The translations under genes and the position numbers were made by a program. 32,000 nucleotides of DNA. Origin: an archaeon (GTDB lineage: Archaea; Iainarchaeota; Iainarchaeia; Iainarchaeales; CSSED10-239). The notes below the pieces were generated by a model that saw nothing but the letters and a program-made list of their open reading frames with translations, had not been told where the DNA came from and ran no database searches. Every line of letters starts with the position of its first letter. Position 1 is the stretch's first letter. Positions 7,879-15,824 of this stretch are shown piece after piece. The stretch spans positions 1 to 32,000 of the forward strand of contig JBBABY010000004.1 of the NCBI GenBank assembly GCA_041657425.1. Direction: 5' to 3'.

Positions 7879-7917
7879 TATATAAAATGAGACTATGACT
7901 TTTTTTGTGAAATTGAA
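7879..7917 (+). promoter_or_regulatory. trm5 promoter/leader: third copy of the TATATAAAA-N12-T7-GTGAAATTGAA module
   Basis: TATATAAAA lies at 7879-7887, a 12-nt spacer follows, T7 is at 7900-7906 and GTGAAATTGAA is at 7907-7917, immediately followed by ATG 7918. The 18 nt tttttttgtgaaattgaa are identical to copies A and B. Confidence 0.6.
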
Positions 7918-8943
7918 ATGTTGGCTATAAAAATTGAAAAAACTAAAGCGCAAGCAATAATTGCTAAATTAAGAGAAGATAAGAATCTTGATAATAACTA
8001 TAAGATTAAAAGAGATGAAACTTCTGTAATTATTCCTGTGCTAAAGATTACTACTGATATTAAAGAATTTGAAACTACTAAAACACTTGAAAAACAAGAA
8101 GCAGTAAGTAAAGGATTTAAAGACATTCTTCTTGATGAGGGAGTACCTAAAGAAATTGTTTCTCAAATAAACAGTGCTTATGATATTGTTGGAGATATTG
8201 TTATTATTGGTATTGATAAAGAATTAACTCTTTATTACTCTGCTATTGGTAAAGCATTATTGAAATTACACTCCAGTGCTAAAACTGTTCTTAACAAGCT
8301 TGGAGAACACAAAGGGGTTTATAGAACACAAGATATGGAATTAGTTTATGGTGTTGATACTAGAGAAACAATCATTAAAGAAAATGGTTGTAAAATTAAA
8401 ATAGATGTTGAAAAGGTATTTTGTTCAACTAGACTTTCAGAAGAAAGAAGAAGAATTGTTTCTTTGGTTGAAGATGGAGAAACAATTGGGGTATTCTTTG
8501 CAGGTGCTGGACCTTTTGCTCTCGCCATTGCTAAAAACAAAGAAGTTAAAGAAATTGTGGCTATTGAACTTAATGATCTAGCTGTTAAATACTTGATTGA
8601 AAATATAAAAATTAATCATACTGAAGAAATAATTAAACCAATTTTGGGTGATGTAAAAATTGAAGCCGAAAAATATCCAAACTACTTTGATAGAGTAATT
8701 ATGCCACTTCCTAAATCTGCAGAGTTGTTTTTGAATTCTGCAATCTTTGCTGCAAAGAATGGTGGATATATACACCTTTACAAGTTTGTAAGCAAAGATG
8801 ATCCTTACACAGAAACAGAAAAAGAAATTGAAGAGATTGCAAAAGTAAATAACGTGGTCCTAGAAATAGTGAATAAAAGAATAATAAGAAGCTACTCTCC
8901 AAGCATTGTTCAAATTGTTGTTGATTTAAGATTAAAAAAATAG
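7918..8943 (+). CDS. trm5: tRNA (guanine37-N1)-methyltransferase Trm5 (Met-10+ family)
   Basis: FCSTRLSEERRRIVSLVEDGETIGVFFAGAGPFALAIAK...IVAIELNDLAVKYLIENIKINH...DRVIMPLPKSAELFL matches the Trm5 core (NPRLxxER, DMFAGxGPF, ElNP, MNLP). Confidence 0.8.
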   Translation: MLAIKIEKTKAQAIIAKLREDKNLDNNYKIKRDETSVIIPVLKITTDIKEFETTKTLEKQEAVSKGFKDILLDEGVPKEIVSQINSAYDIVGDIVIIGIDKELTLYYSAIGKALLKLHSSAKTVLNKLGEHKGVYRTQDMELVYGVDTRETIIKENGCKIKIDVEKVFCSTRLSEERRRIVSLVEDGETIGVFFAGAGPFALAIAKNKEVKEIVAIELNDLAVKYLIENIKINHTEEIIKPILGDVKIEAEKYPNYFDRVIMPLPKSAELFLNSAIFAAKNGGYIHLYKFVSKDDPYTETEKEIEEIAKVNNVVLEIVNKRIIRSYSPSIVQIVVDLRLKK

Positions 8944-8944
8944 A

Positions 8945-11161
8945 TCATCTCTTTTTTTTAACCTCAGTTACTTTTTTTACTACTGACTTAATGTTTTTCT
9001 TTGACTTTTCTTCTTTTTCTATTACTTGTTGCTTTAAATGTGAAGGAATTGGCTTTCCTTTCTCTTCTATTGCGTTTATTTCTTTAAGATAGCTTTTCTT
9101 CATATCTTCGTATGTAAATTTACTTATGTGGCCTTCTGAAAGTTTTTGCTCAAGTTCAAGAAGTGCTTTTTGTATCTTGCCTTTCTTACTATTGTATCTT
9201 TCTAGTTCTATAACTATCGATATTATAATAAGAAAAAGACCTGCTACAATTACATAAAGAATAGTTGTATTTTTTTGGTCTTTGTCTTTGGAATAAACAT
9301 ATACTTTTTCTGTAGTGTTATTAGGTTTAGATGAAGTGTTGTTTTCGGAAACAACCTTTTTATTTTTGTTATCCACTACTTCTACAACAATGTTTCCTGC
9401 ATTATTATAGTACTCGTGAACTAAGTTTTCAACAATATATAGTTCATTTGAAAGACTAACAACAGAGTAAGCGGTTTTAATTGCACCATCTGCTTTTGTT
9501 GTATTCTTGTTTTTATAATATAAATAATTTTTATAATAGAAAAGACCGTGATCATAATACAATTTTGACCAAACATTTATGCTTTCTGAATTTGCTTTTG
9601 GAGTTTTAAGAATTGATAATTCATTATAACTGATTAAAAATACATTTTCATCAAATGATTCTTTATCTACTTCTTTTCTTGAAAGCAATATCCCTTTAGC
9701 TGAAGCTGCATCATAAAGAGCAGTAACATACCAACCCATTTCATAATTTGTTTTTGCAGCATTTAATCTTCTTAAAATATCTTCATCTTTTGCAGCGGCC
9801 GCATCTAAAAGAACTATCTCGTTTTCTATATCCACAATATATTTTTGAGCCAAATCCTTAAACTCGCTACTTTCTACAAAATTAGGACTATTATTATTCA
9901 TTCCAGCATCTAAGAAATCATTAGCAATTTCTATCCATGCAAGTGCATAACTGTAATCCATTATTTTATCTACTGGTGCTGACGTAGCTGAAGGACTAGC
10001 TTTTATATTTTTAATTTTATTCTTTGCCCAAACAATCCTTTGTTTTGCACTTATACACCATTCAAGTCTATCTAAAGAACAGAACTTTGATCTATTTTCT
10101 GTTAAAGTAATTTTATTTTCTACTTCTTGTATTCTCAGGTTATAGATAGTAGAATCCTCTGACATTATTGAGGGATTATTAACTATTTCATCAATTGTTA
10201 TAAGATATGTCTTTGCTAAAAATGCTTCATTAGCTGCGGTGTACATATAATTATTTGCAGAATATTTTTTTGCTTGAGTTATTGCTTCTTTTGAATAATC
10301 CACTAAAGATAATAGACTTTGGACAATTGAACTATCTTTTATTTTACTATTATTTATACTATCTTCTGTTCTTGAAAGAATATTATTTGCATCAATTAAA
10401 TATTTATCTACAATTCCTCTCATTGGAGTTAAAGCAACAGAATATTCAATTGTTTCTGGAATATATTCATCTTTTTCTATTGCAGCAGTATTATTAATAT
10501 CAATATTTGCTATATCCATTACTGCGTATTTTTTTATATCTTCAATAGTTTCTACTTCCACTACTTTTAATCCCCAAGTAGTATAAGCATACTCTGGGAG
10601 ATCAACCAATTGTGAATTTCCAGAATCATTAGTTATTGCTTGTCTTCTGCTTCCTGCAGGTATCATAAATAATTTAATTCCCACATCATTTGCTTTTTTT
10701 GCTTTTGCAGCAATTCCACCAACATCTCCAACATAACCATCTTCGGTAATTGTTCCAGTAATGCTTACTTTTCCTGATAGATCTTTATCATTTAACATTG
10801 AAGTAATCAATAAAGCCATTGCAGCACCTGCAGATGGGCCATCAATACTACTTGCAACAGATTGTATTTCAAAAAAATAATCATATTTATCTTTAGCTTC
10901 AGGATTTATTCTTTCCGCAGCATTAACTGCATTTCGTTCTGATTCTTGGGTTGTTGAACCAACTTGAGCATTTACATTTGAAAATACTTTTCCAGTTCCT
11001 GGTTTAATCTCAATAACCAAATTTGCATCCATTCCTGTATTTGTTGAATTAACTGCAAATATCTTCATTTGCGCCTTTGGCAAGTATGCAAAAATGCTTG
11101 TTGACATTAATATTAAAAATATAAATACAAATATTATTTTTTTATTCATTTTTTTACCCAT
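8945..11161 (-). CDS. Membrane-anchored, ATPase-less Lon-type (S16) serine peptidase with large helical ectodomain and SHOCT-like tail
   Basis: 738 aa. A signal/anchor helix (IIFVFIFLILMSTSIFA) is followed by the Lon proteolytic fold, with catalytic Ser in SIDGPSAGAAMALL (S110, nt ~10832) and Lys in VGGIAAKAKKA. There is no Walker A. About 450 aa of helical region follow, then a TM helix (ILYVIVAGLFLIIISIVI), then LSEGHISKFTYEDMKKSYL (SHOCT-like) and a K-rich tail. Confidence 0.7.
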   Translation of the reverse strand: MGKKMNKKIIFVFIFLILMSTSIFAYLPKAQMKIFAVNSTNTGMDANLVIEIKPGTGKVFSNVNAQVGSTTQESERNAVNAAERINPEAKDKYDYFFEIQSVASSIDGPSAGAAMALLITSMLNDKDLSGKVSITGTITEDGYVGDVGGIAAKAKKANDVGIKLFMIPAGSRRQAITNDSGNSQLVDLPEYAYTTWGLKVVEVETIEDIKKYAVMDIANIDINNTAAIEKDEYIPETIEYSVALTPMRGIVDKYLIDANNILSRTEDSINNSKIKDSSIVQSLLSLVDYSKEAITQAKKYSANNYMYTAANEAFLAKTYLITIDEIVNNPSIMSEDSTIYNLRIQEVENKITLTENRSKFCSLDRLEWCISAKQRIVWAKNKIKNIKASPSATSAPVDKIMDYSYALAWIEIANDFLDAGMNNNSPNFVESSEFKDLAQKYIVDIENEIVLLDAAAAKDEDILRRLNAAKTNYEMGWYVTALYDAASAKGILLSRKEVDKESFDENVFLISYNELSILKTPKANSESINVWSKLYYDHGLFYYKNYLYYKNKNTTKADGAIKTAYSVVSLSNELYIVENLVHEYYNNAGNIVVEVVDNKNKKVVSENNTSSKPNNTTEKVYVYSKDKDQKNTTILYVIVAGLFLIIISIVIELERYNSKKGKIQKALLELEQKLSEGHISKFTYEDMKKSYLKEINAIEEKGKPIPSHLKQQVIEKEEKSKKNIKSVVKKVTEVKKKR

Positions 11162-11662
11162 TTAATTTATTTTCTTTTGTTCAAAGCTTGGCTTTATTTT
11201 TTTATTATATAACACATCAAATTTCTTTGTAGTTTCTAAAATATTTTTTCTGCCCTTCTTATAAACTTGTATTAACCCAAGTTCTTTTAAAGTTGGAAGA
11301 TGATCAATTGGCCTTCTTTTAGTTATTTTATATTGCTCAACCGGACTGTTTAGAGCAATTAATGCTAAAGTGTTAAGTTCTGACTTCGTTAATTGCTTAC
11401 CAACTGCAAACAGACTATACTTTGCAAATTCTGGTTTTAATAACATTTCTGCGGAATCTTCATCAACTATAATTTTTATTGAAGTATTTCTTTTTTCATA
11501 TTCTTCTAATAAATCTGCTATGATTATCTTTATAGTTTCTTTATCTGCTTCTGGGAAACTCTTTTCTAGTTTCTTAATTGGAATGCTTCTTGGGCTCATA
11601 AATAGTATTGCTTCAATTGCACACTTAATGTCTTCAATATTTTTAGATTTTGGTTTGTCCAT
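11162..11662 (-). CDS. scpB: Segregation and condensation protein B (ScpB)
   Basis: IEAILFMSPRSIPIKKL, LTKSELNTLALIALNSPVEQYKI and the tandem winged-helix layout match ScpB (lEAiLF.s.ePl; LS.aaLEtLAiIAY.QPit). Its stop abuts the next gene's ATG with zero gap (TAAATG). Confidence 0.75.
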   Translation of the reverse strand: MDKPKSKNIEDIKCAIEAILFMSPRSIPIKKLEKSFPEADKETIKIIIADLLEEYEKRNTSIKIIVDEDSAEMLLKPEFAKYSLFAVGKQLTKSELNTLALIALNSPVEQYKITKRRPIDHLPTLKELGLIQVYKKGRKNILETTKKFDVLYNKKIKPSFEQKKIN

Positions 11663-11715
11663 TATATCTCACACTTCATTAATAATAACTATAAATTGCT
11701 TTTAAAATACTTTCT

Positions 11716-13080
11716 TTATTTGATTTTGCTTGTTGGAACAAGTGCCCTATAATGAGAATGCCAATCTGGGCCCCATTTTTCTCTTGCATTTCTATAGTCT
11801 TTAATCATTTCGTTTATATGAGGAACTAATTTATCTTTAAGTCCTGCAAGTGTATTATCTTTCAAATAATGATTATTTGATGCTTCTAAAATTAAATCTA
11901 TAATTTCTGATTCTTCCAATCGAATTTCATAATAAATTGCAAATGTCTCTTCACTCGATAATTCTTTTATTTGAGATCGTTCTATAATTCTTTTTTCCCT
12001 GCGTTTATTGGCTATTGAGCCAAGAGCAAGTCTTTCCATAATTTCTGGAATGTGTGGAAATATATAATTTATCCATTCTTTTAAATAATTGGTACTACTG
12101 TTATAAAAAAAATCAGAATCAATAACACATATTTTGAAATCAGAATATCGAAATCTCTCTTTTGTAGATAACATTTTACTTAATTGCACATCTGTAAAAC
12201 AAGGCAACATTTTTAGTGTGTATTTTGTGTTTATCGCGGGAACTTTACGCCTACTATTCCCGCAATCCATAATAGAATCAATTATTTTTTCATTTCCTAC
12301 ATTTGGAAAATTTCTTTTTATTGCAACAAATTTACCCATAAATAATTCCAAAACTCTTGGATACAAGTCTGCTTGATTTTCTAATAAATATTTATTTAAT
12401 TGATTTGTAAAGATATTAATTTCAGATTTATCATCAATATATTTATCTGCAATTAGAAGATATTTAACTGAGAAATCAATATATTCTTTAAAATATTTTA
12501 ATCTCTGGTTCTTTGCAGATTCTAGAAGGGGGTCTACTGTTCGCAAATAGGCAGCAAGTATATGTGGTTTAGTTACTGGAATACTCTTTGCACCATCCAT
12601 AATTAAATCTATTTGCTCGAGGATTGGCTTATGATACACTATTAGTTTAGTTATTTGATATATTGTGTTTTTATTTACGGATTTGACTTTATCAGAAATT
12701 AGTTTATTTTCTTCTACATTAAGGGTTTCTTTAGTTCTTTCGTATGGAAACATCTTTTCCGCCATAAACAAACTTAAAAATAATAATTTTTTCTTATAAC
12801 CTATTGAACTCTTATCAACACGCTTGCGGGATTTAATTGACTGTAATGCTTCTTGTAAGGCATTTATTATAAAATATTGATTGTGCTTGATAAAAGAATC
12901 CTCACTAGAAGAATCATATATTTCAGACGGATTTTTTAATTTCGATTCTAAGGCTATACGCTTATTATCTTTATTAATTGCTTCTAACAGAATGTTTGCT
13001 AATTTATCTGTTGCATATTTATATTCTTTGGATTTAATCTTAGATCTGTAATAAAAAAATCTATATATTCTAAAAACCAA
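11716..13080 (-). CDS. Hypothetical protein, downstream (C-terminal) part of a frame-split ~676-aa gene
   Basis: 454-aa ORF whose only upstream start is a TTG. It overlaps the preceding ORF by 82 nt in the -1 frame. It is helical and K/E/N-rich, with no P-loop or other motif I recognise. Confidence 0.5.
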   Translation of the reverse strand: MVFRIYRFFYYRSKIKSKEYKYATDKLANILLEAINKDNKRIALESKLKNPSEIYDSSSEDSFIKHNQYFIINALQEALQSIKSRKRVDKSSIGYKKKLLFLSLFMAEKMFPYERTKETLNVEENKLISDKVKSVNKNTIYQITKLIVYHKPILEQIDLIMDGAKSIPVTKPHILAAYLRTVDPLLESAKNQRLKYFKEYIDFSVKYLLIADKYIDDKSEINIFTNQLNKYLLENQADLYPRVLELFMGKFVAIKRNFPNVGNEKIIDSIMDCGNSRRKVPAINTKYTLKMLPCFTDVQLSKMLSTKERFRYSDFKICVIDSDFFYNSSTNYLKEWINYIFPHIPEIMERLALGSIANKRREKRIIERSQIKELSSEETFAIYYEIRLEESEIIDLILEASNNHYLKDNTLAGLKDKLVPHINEMIKDYRNAREKWGPDWHSHYRALVPTSKIK

Positions 13081-13745
13081 CGATTGAATTCAGAAGTCTT
13101 TAATTCATTCATTTTTTTTAGAAAAGAAATTGTGATATCTAATTGTTCTTTAAATGTTTTTATATTACCGGCTCTTCCTTGAATTGTAGAGATTAAATAT
13201 TTAATGTTAGTTTCATTACATAATGTTAAAACTGGTTCTTCTGGATTAAACGAATATTTGTAAAAATATTCTTTAAATAATGTTATATAATCAGAAGAAA
13301 GACTAATTTTTGATTTCCCGAAATTGCTTTTATTTTTCGAATAAAATGAATTACTTGGATTTTTAATAAAAGAATTTTCAAAATGGGATTTAGCCTCTAT
13401 TATTTTTGACCTTCTTTGACCACTCTTTTTATAATGGTTATAATGTACTTTAAGTTCTGCCTCAAATTCATTAATCTTTTTAGAAGTTGCATTTGGATTT
13501 TCTTTGATAAACTGTGATAATTTCTTTTTTAAAAATAAAGTGTCTTCTGTATCTACTAACCAATTAAAAAATTCTTCAGTTTCTGTTAGTTGTTTCTTAA
13601 TTGGTTTTCTATATACTAGATAATCTCCTTTTGGAGTTTCTTCTACTCTCTCCTTACTTAATTCTTGACGTTGTTTTAATTTATCTAACATTAATTGTTG
13701 ATTTATAGCGCTCTTTTTTGTTTTAATTAGCTTTTGAAAACGCAT
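12999..13745 (-). CDS. Hypothetical protein, upstream (N-terminal) part of a frame-split gene
   Basis: 248-aa ORF with an ATG start 21 nt downstream of scpA. It terminates 17 codons after a T7 run (13053-13059) at which the downstream ORF's frame becomes open. Confidence 0.5.
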   Translation of the reverse strand: MRFQKLIKTKKSAINQQLMLDKLKQRQELSKERVEETPKGDYLVYRKPIKKQLTETEEFFNWLVDTEDTLFLKKKLSQFIKENPNATSKKINEFEAELKVHYNHYKKSGQRRSKIIEAKSHFENSFIKNPSNSFYSKNKSNFGKSKISLSSDYITLFKEYFYKYSFNPEEPVLTLCNETNIKYLISTIQGRAGNIKTFKEQLDITISFLKKMNELKTSEFNRWFLEYIDFFITDLRLNPKNINMQQIN

Positions 13746-13766
13746 AGTTAATCAAGACATTAGTTT

Positions 13767-14438
13767 CTATAAAACTTTAATAAATATCTCAGAAAAGAAC
13801 TCTTCTTGCCAAGCATCTATCTTCTTGTCTTGAACAAGGAATAACATGGGAATAAAATAGTTTTCTACAACTAAGTATGGATCTTTTGTGTTTTTTGTAA
13901 ACTTAGAGAAAAGAACCATATTGTAAGAATCTGTATTTGCAATTATTTCTGCTAATAAATTTTCACTTCTTTCTGTGAAATCAACAGTTTTCTTTGGTAA
14001 AATAAATTCTAATTCTTTTTTTTCCTTTATTCTTTTTTCTATATTCTTCTTGATTGGAGCACTCATCATAATATCAATAACGTCAATTAATTCATCTAAA
14101 CTTACTTGCCCTTCTTTTAATCTCATAGGTGTGTTTAAATCTACTGAGTTACTTAAAATGTAGTTGTCTTCTGTTAATAACTTTAATTCCTCTTCATTTT
14201 CTTCTGTATTTGTAAGTTTTAAAGAATATGCTTTTAATTTAAGAAGAATTGCTGCTGCTAATAATGCGTTAGCAGGAACTATTAGGTTTTCTTCCTTTAA
14301 TGCTTTTATTTTCTCTAGATATAACTCAATTAGTTTAAATAAATCAATACTCCAGATGTTTAATTCATTAGATTTTACCAAATCATAAAGAATAATTTTC
14401 CAATTTGGTTGGTCTATGATGTTTATTAATTGGTCCAT
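13767..14438 (-). CDS. scpA: Segregation and condensation protein A (ScpA kleisin)
   Basis: The N-terminal LYDLVKSNELNIWSIDLFKLIELYLEKIKALKEENLIVPANALLAAAILLKLKAYSL matches LdLLl.LI....iDI.dI.i..It.QYl.yl......l....eyLvmAA.Ll.iKS. The C-terminal winged-helix segment is VVENYFIPMLFLVQDKKIDAWQEEFFSEIFI. Confidence 0.75.
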   Translation of the reverse strand: MDQLINIIDQPNWKIILYDLVKSNELNIWSIDLFKLIELYLEKIKALKEENLIVPANALLAAAILLKLKAYSLKLTNTEENEEELKLLTEDNYILSNSVDLNTPMRLKEGQVSLDELIDVIDIMMSAPIKKNIEKRIKEKKELEFILPKKTVDFTERSENLLAEIIANTDSYNMVLFSKFTKNTKDPYLVVENYFIPMLFLVQDKKIDAWQEEFFSEIFIKVL

Positions 14439-14469
14439 AATCTATTCTGTTTTATTTATTATAGTTTAA

Positions 14470-15801
14470 CTATCCAATATACACAACTTTTACCATATCT
14501 TCAGCTATATGTATTTTATCCATTGCAGTTACTGTAATTGTGTAATTCCCTTTTTCACTGAAATAATCTGCAGTATTTATAGTTAAATCACAAGAAGTTG
14601 ATTTTACTGGTTTTTCACGAATTGTCCAATTACAAGTTACTGATTTATCGTGATGATCATATATTGCAATTAAATTTAAAGTTTTTGATGTGATTGGTTC
14701 TTGCTCTACAGGATTATAAATTTTTACTGTAAAATCGTTAGCATTATTTATTGTTATAGTTCTTTTTTCTGTAGTAACTACACTTCCACAACTATCTGTA
14801 ATTATTGCAAATATTTCCAGTCTTCCTTCTGGTAAGGTATCTATTGAAGTATCACAAGGATTTACAGAAAAATCTTTTATTAATGTTTTTTCGTTATTAT
14901 AATACCATGCACAAGTGGTAATTCCGTAATTTAAATCGAAAGTGGATTTTAATGGTACCGGTTGAGTATATTCAAATTTTGATTTTTCAACAGGAGCTAA
15001 AAGAGTTGCATTCATATTTGATTTAATAGTTATATTTTTTGTATTAGTATCTGTTTGACCAGTTGCTAATCTTGTAGAATTTACTGTTATTGTTTGAGCA
15101 CCACATCTTGGAAGAGGTTTTATAAAATAACAAGTAGGTGTTCCTATAGGAGTAATTGCCCCACCTATACTTGAAGACCAAGAACAATTATAATCTGTTT
15201 CTGGATTATAAGATGCAGGAATTGATGATGCATTAAATATAATATTTTCTATCGGAGTAAATTGTGCGTTAGTTGTTGGATTATTTATTTTAATACTAAA
15301 TGGCGAATTTGAAATTACAAAACTTACATGTTTTGTTAAGGTACTATTTGTATCAGTTGCATTTACTGTAATAATATGGCTGCCAACAGTCAAATTTCTA
15401 CTAAAATTACAAGTATCTCCTAAAGTAGGAGTGATTGTTCCACTTTCATTTGAATCCCAAACACAAGTTACTGGCCCAACATTATTATCATAAGTTATAT
15501 TAAAATTAATTTGATTACTAGGAGTATAATTTCCTTCATTAACTGGAGATATAAGATTAATATTAAATATTGATGTTGGTGTTGGTGGGCTAACTACTTC
15601 ATTAGTTGTATTGCCATCAATTGAACTTACGAAATCATCAACTAATTTATCCATTCCGCCATTTGTATTTCCTGAATCTTTAATATTATTGTTTAAATGA
15701 TTAGTATAAAACATTCCAAAAATAATTACACCTACAACTAACATACCCATAATGATTAATATTTCTAAAGAGCCTTGCCCTTTTCTATTTTTATTTAACA
15801 T
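14470..15801 (-). CDS. Class III signal peptide (archaeal pilin-like) protein with four Cys-bracketed Ig/PKD-like repeats
   Basis: The N-terminus MLNKNRKGQGSLEILIIMGMLVVGVIIFGMFY has the KG|Q..E motif plus a hydrophobic helix. Four ~85-90-aa repeats follow, each with C-x-W...C...ITV.atD (TCVWDS..TCNF..ITVNATD; NCSWSS..TCYF..ITVNST; TCAWYY..PCDT..AIITDSCG; TCNWTI..SCDL..ITVTAMD). Confidence 0.6.
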   Translation of the reverse strand: MLNKNRKGQGSLEILIIMGMLVVGVIIFGMFYTNHLNNNIKDSGNTNGGMDKLVDDFVSSIDGNTTNEVVSPPTPTSIFNINLISPVNEGNYTPSNQINFNITYDNNVGPVTCVWDSNESGTITPTLGDTCNFSRNLTVGSHIITVNATDTNSTLTKHVSFVISNSPFSIKINNPTTNAQFTPIENIIFNASSIPASYNPETDYNCSWSSSIGGAITPIGTPTCYFIKPLPRCGAQTITVNSTRLATGQTDTNTKNITIKSNMNATLLAPVEKSKFEYTQPVPLKSTFDLNYGITTCAWYYNNEKTLIKDFSVNPCDTSIDTLPEGRLEIFAIITDSCGSVVTTEKRTITINNANDFTVKIYNPVEQEPITSKTLNLIAIYDHHDKSVTCNWTIREKPVKSTSCDLTINTADYFSEKGNYTITVTAMDKIHIAEDMVKVVYIG

Positions 15802-15824
15802 TAATTATCAATTATTATATTTGT

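Noticed and set aside
5620-8902. Track ORFs 5620-5934 (-), 7505-7708 (+), 8346-8540 (-), 8578-8775 (-) and 8711-8902 (-)
   Set aside because: All are embedded antisense within the PPC-domain, DUF63-like or trm5 genes. Such ORFs are expected in AT-rich DNA, where the antisense strand has few stops. There is no start context and no recognisable motif.
10255-14388. Track ORFs 10255-10497, 11370-11705, 12134-12376, 13975-14163 and 14164-14388 (all +)
   Set aside because: These are antisense shadows of the S16 peptidase, scpB, the unknown gene and scpA. Their translations are L/F/S/I-rich and low in complexity.
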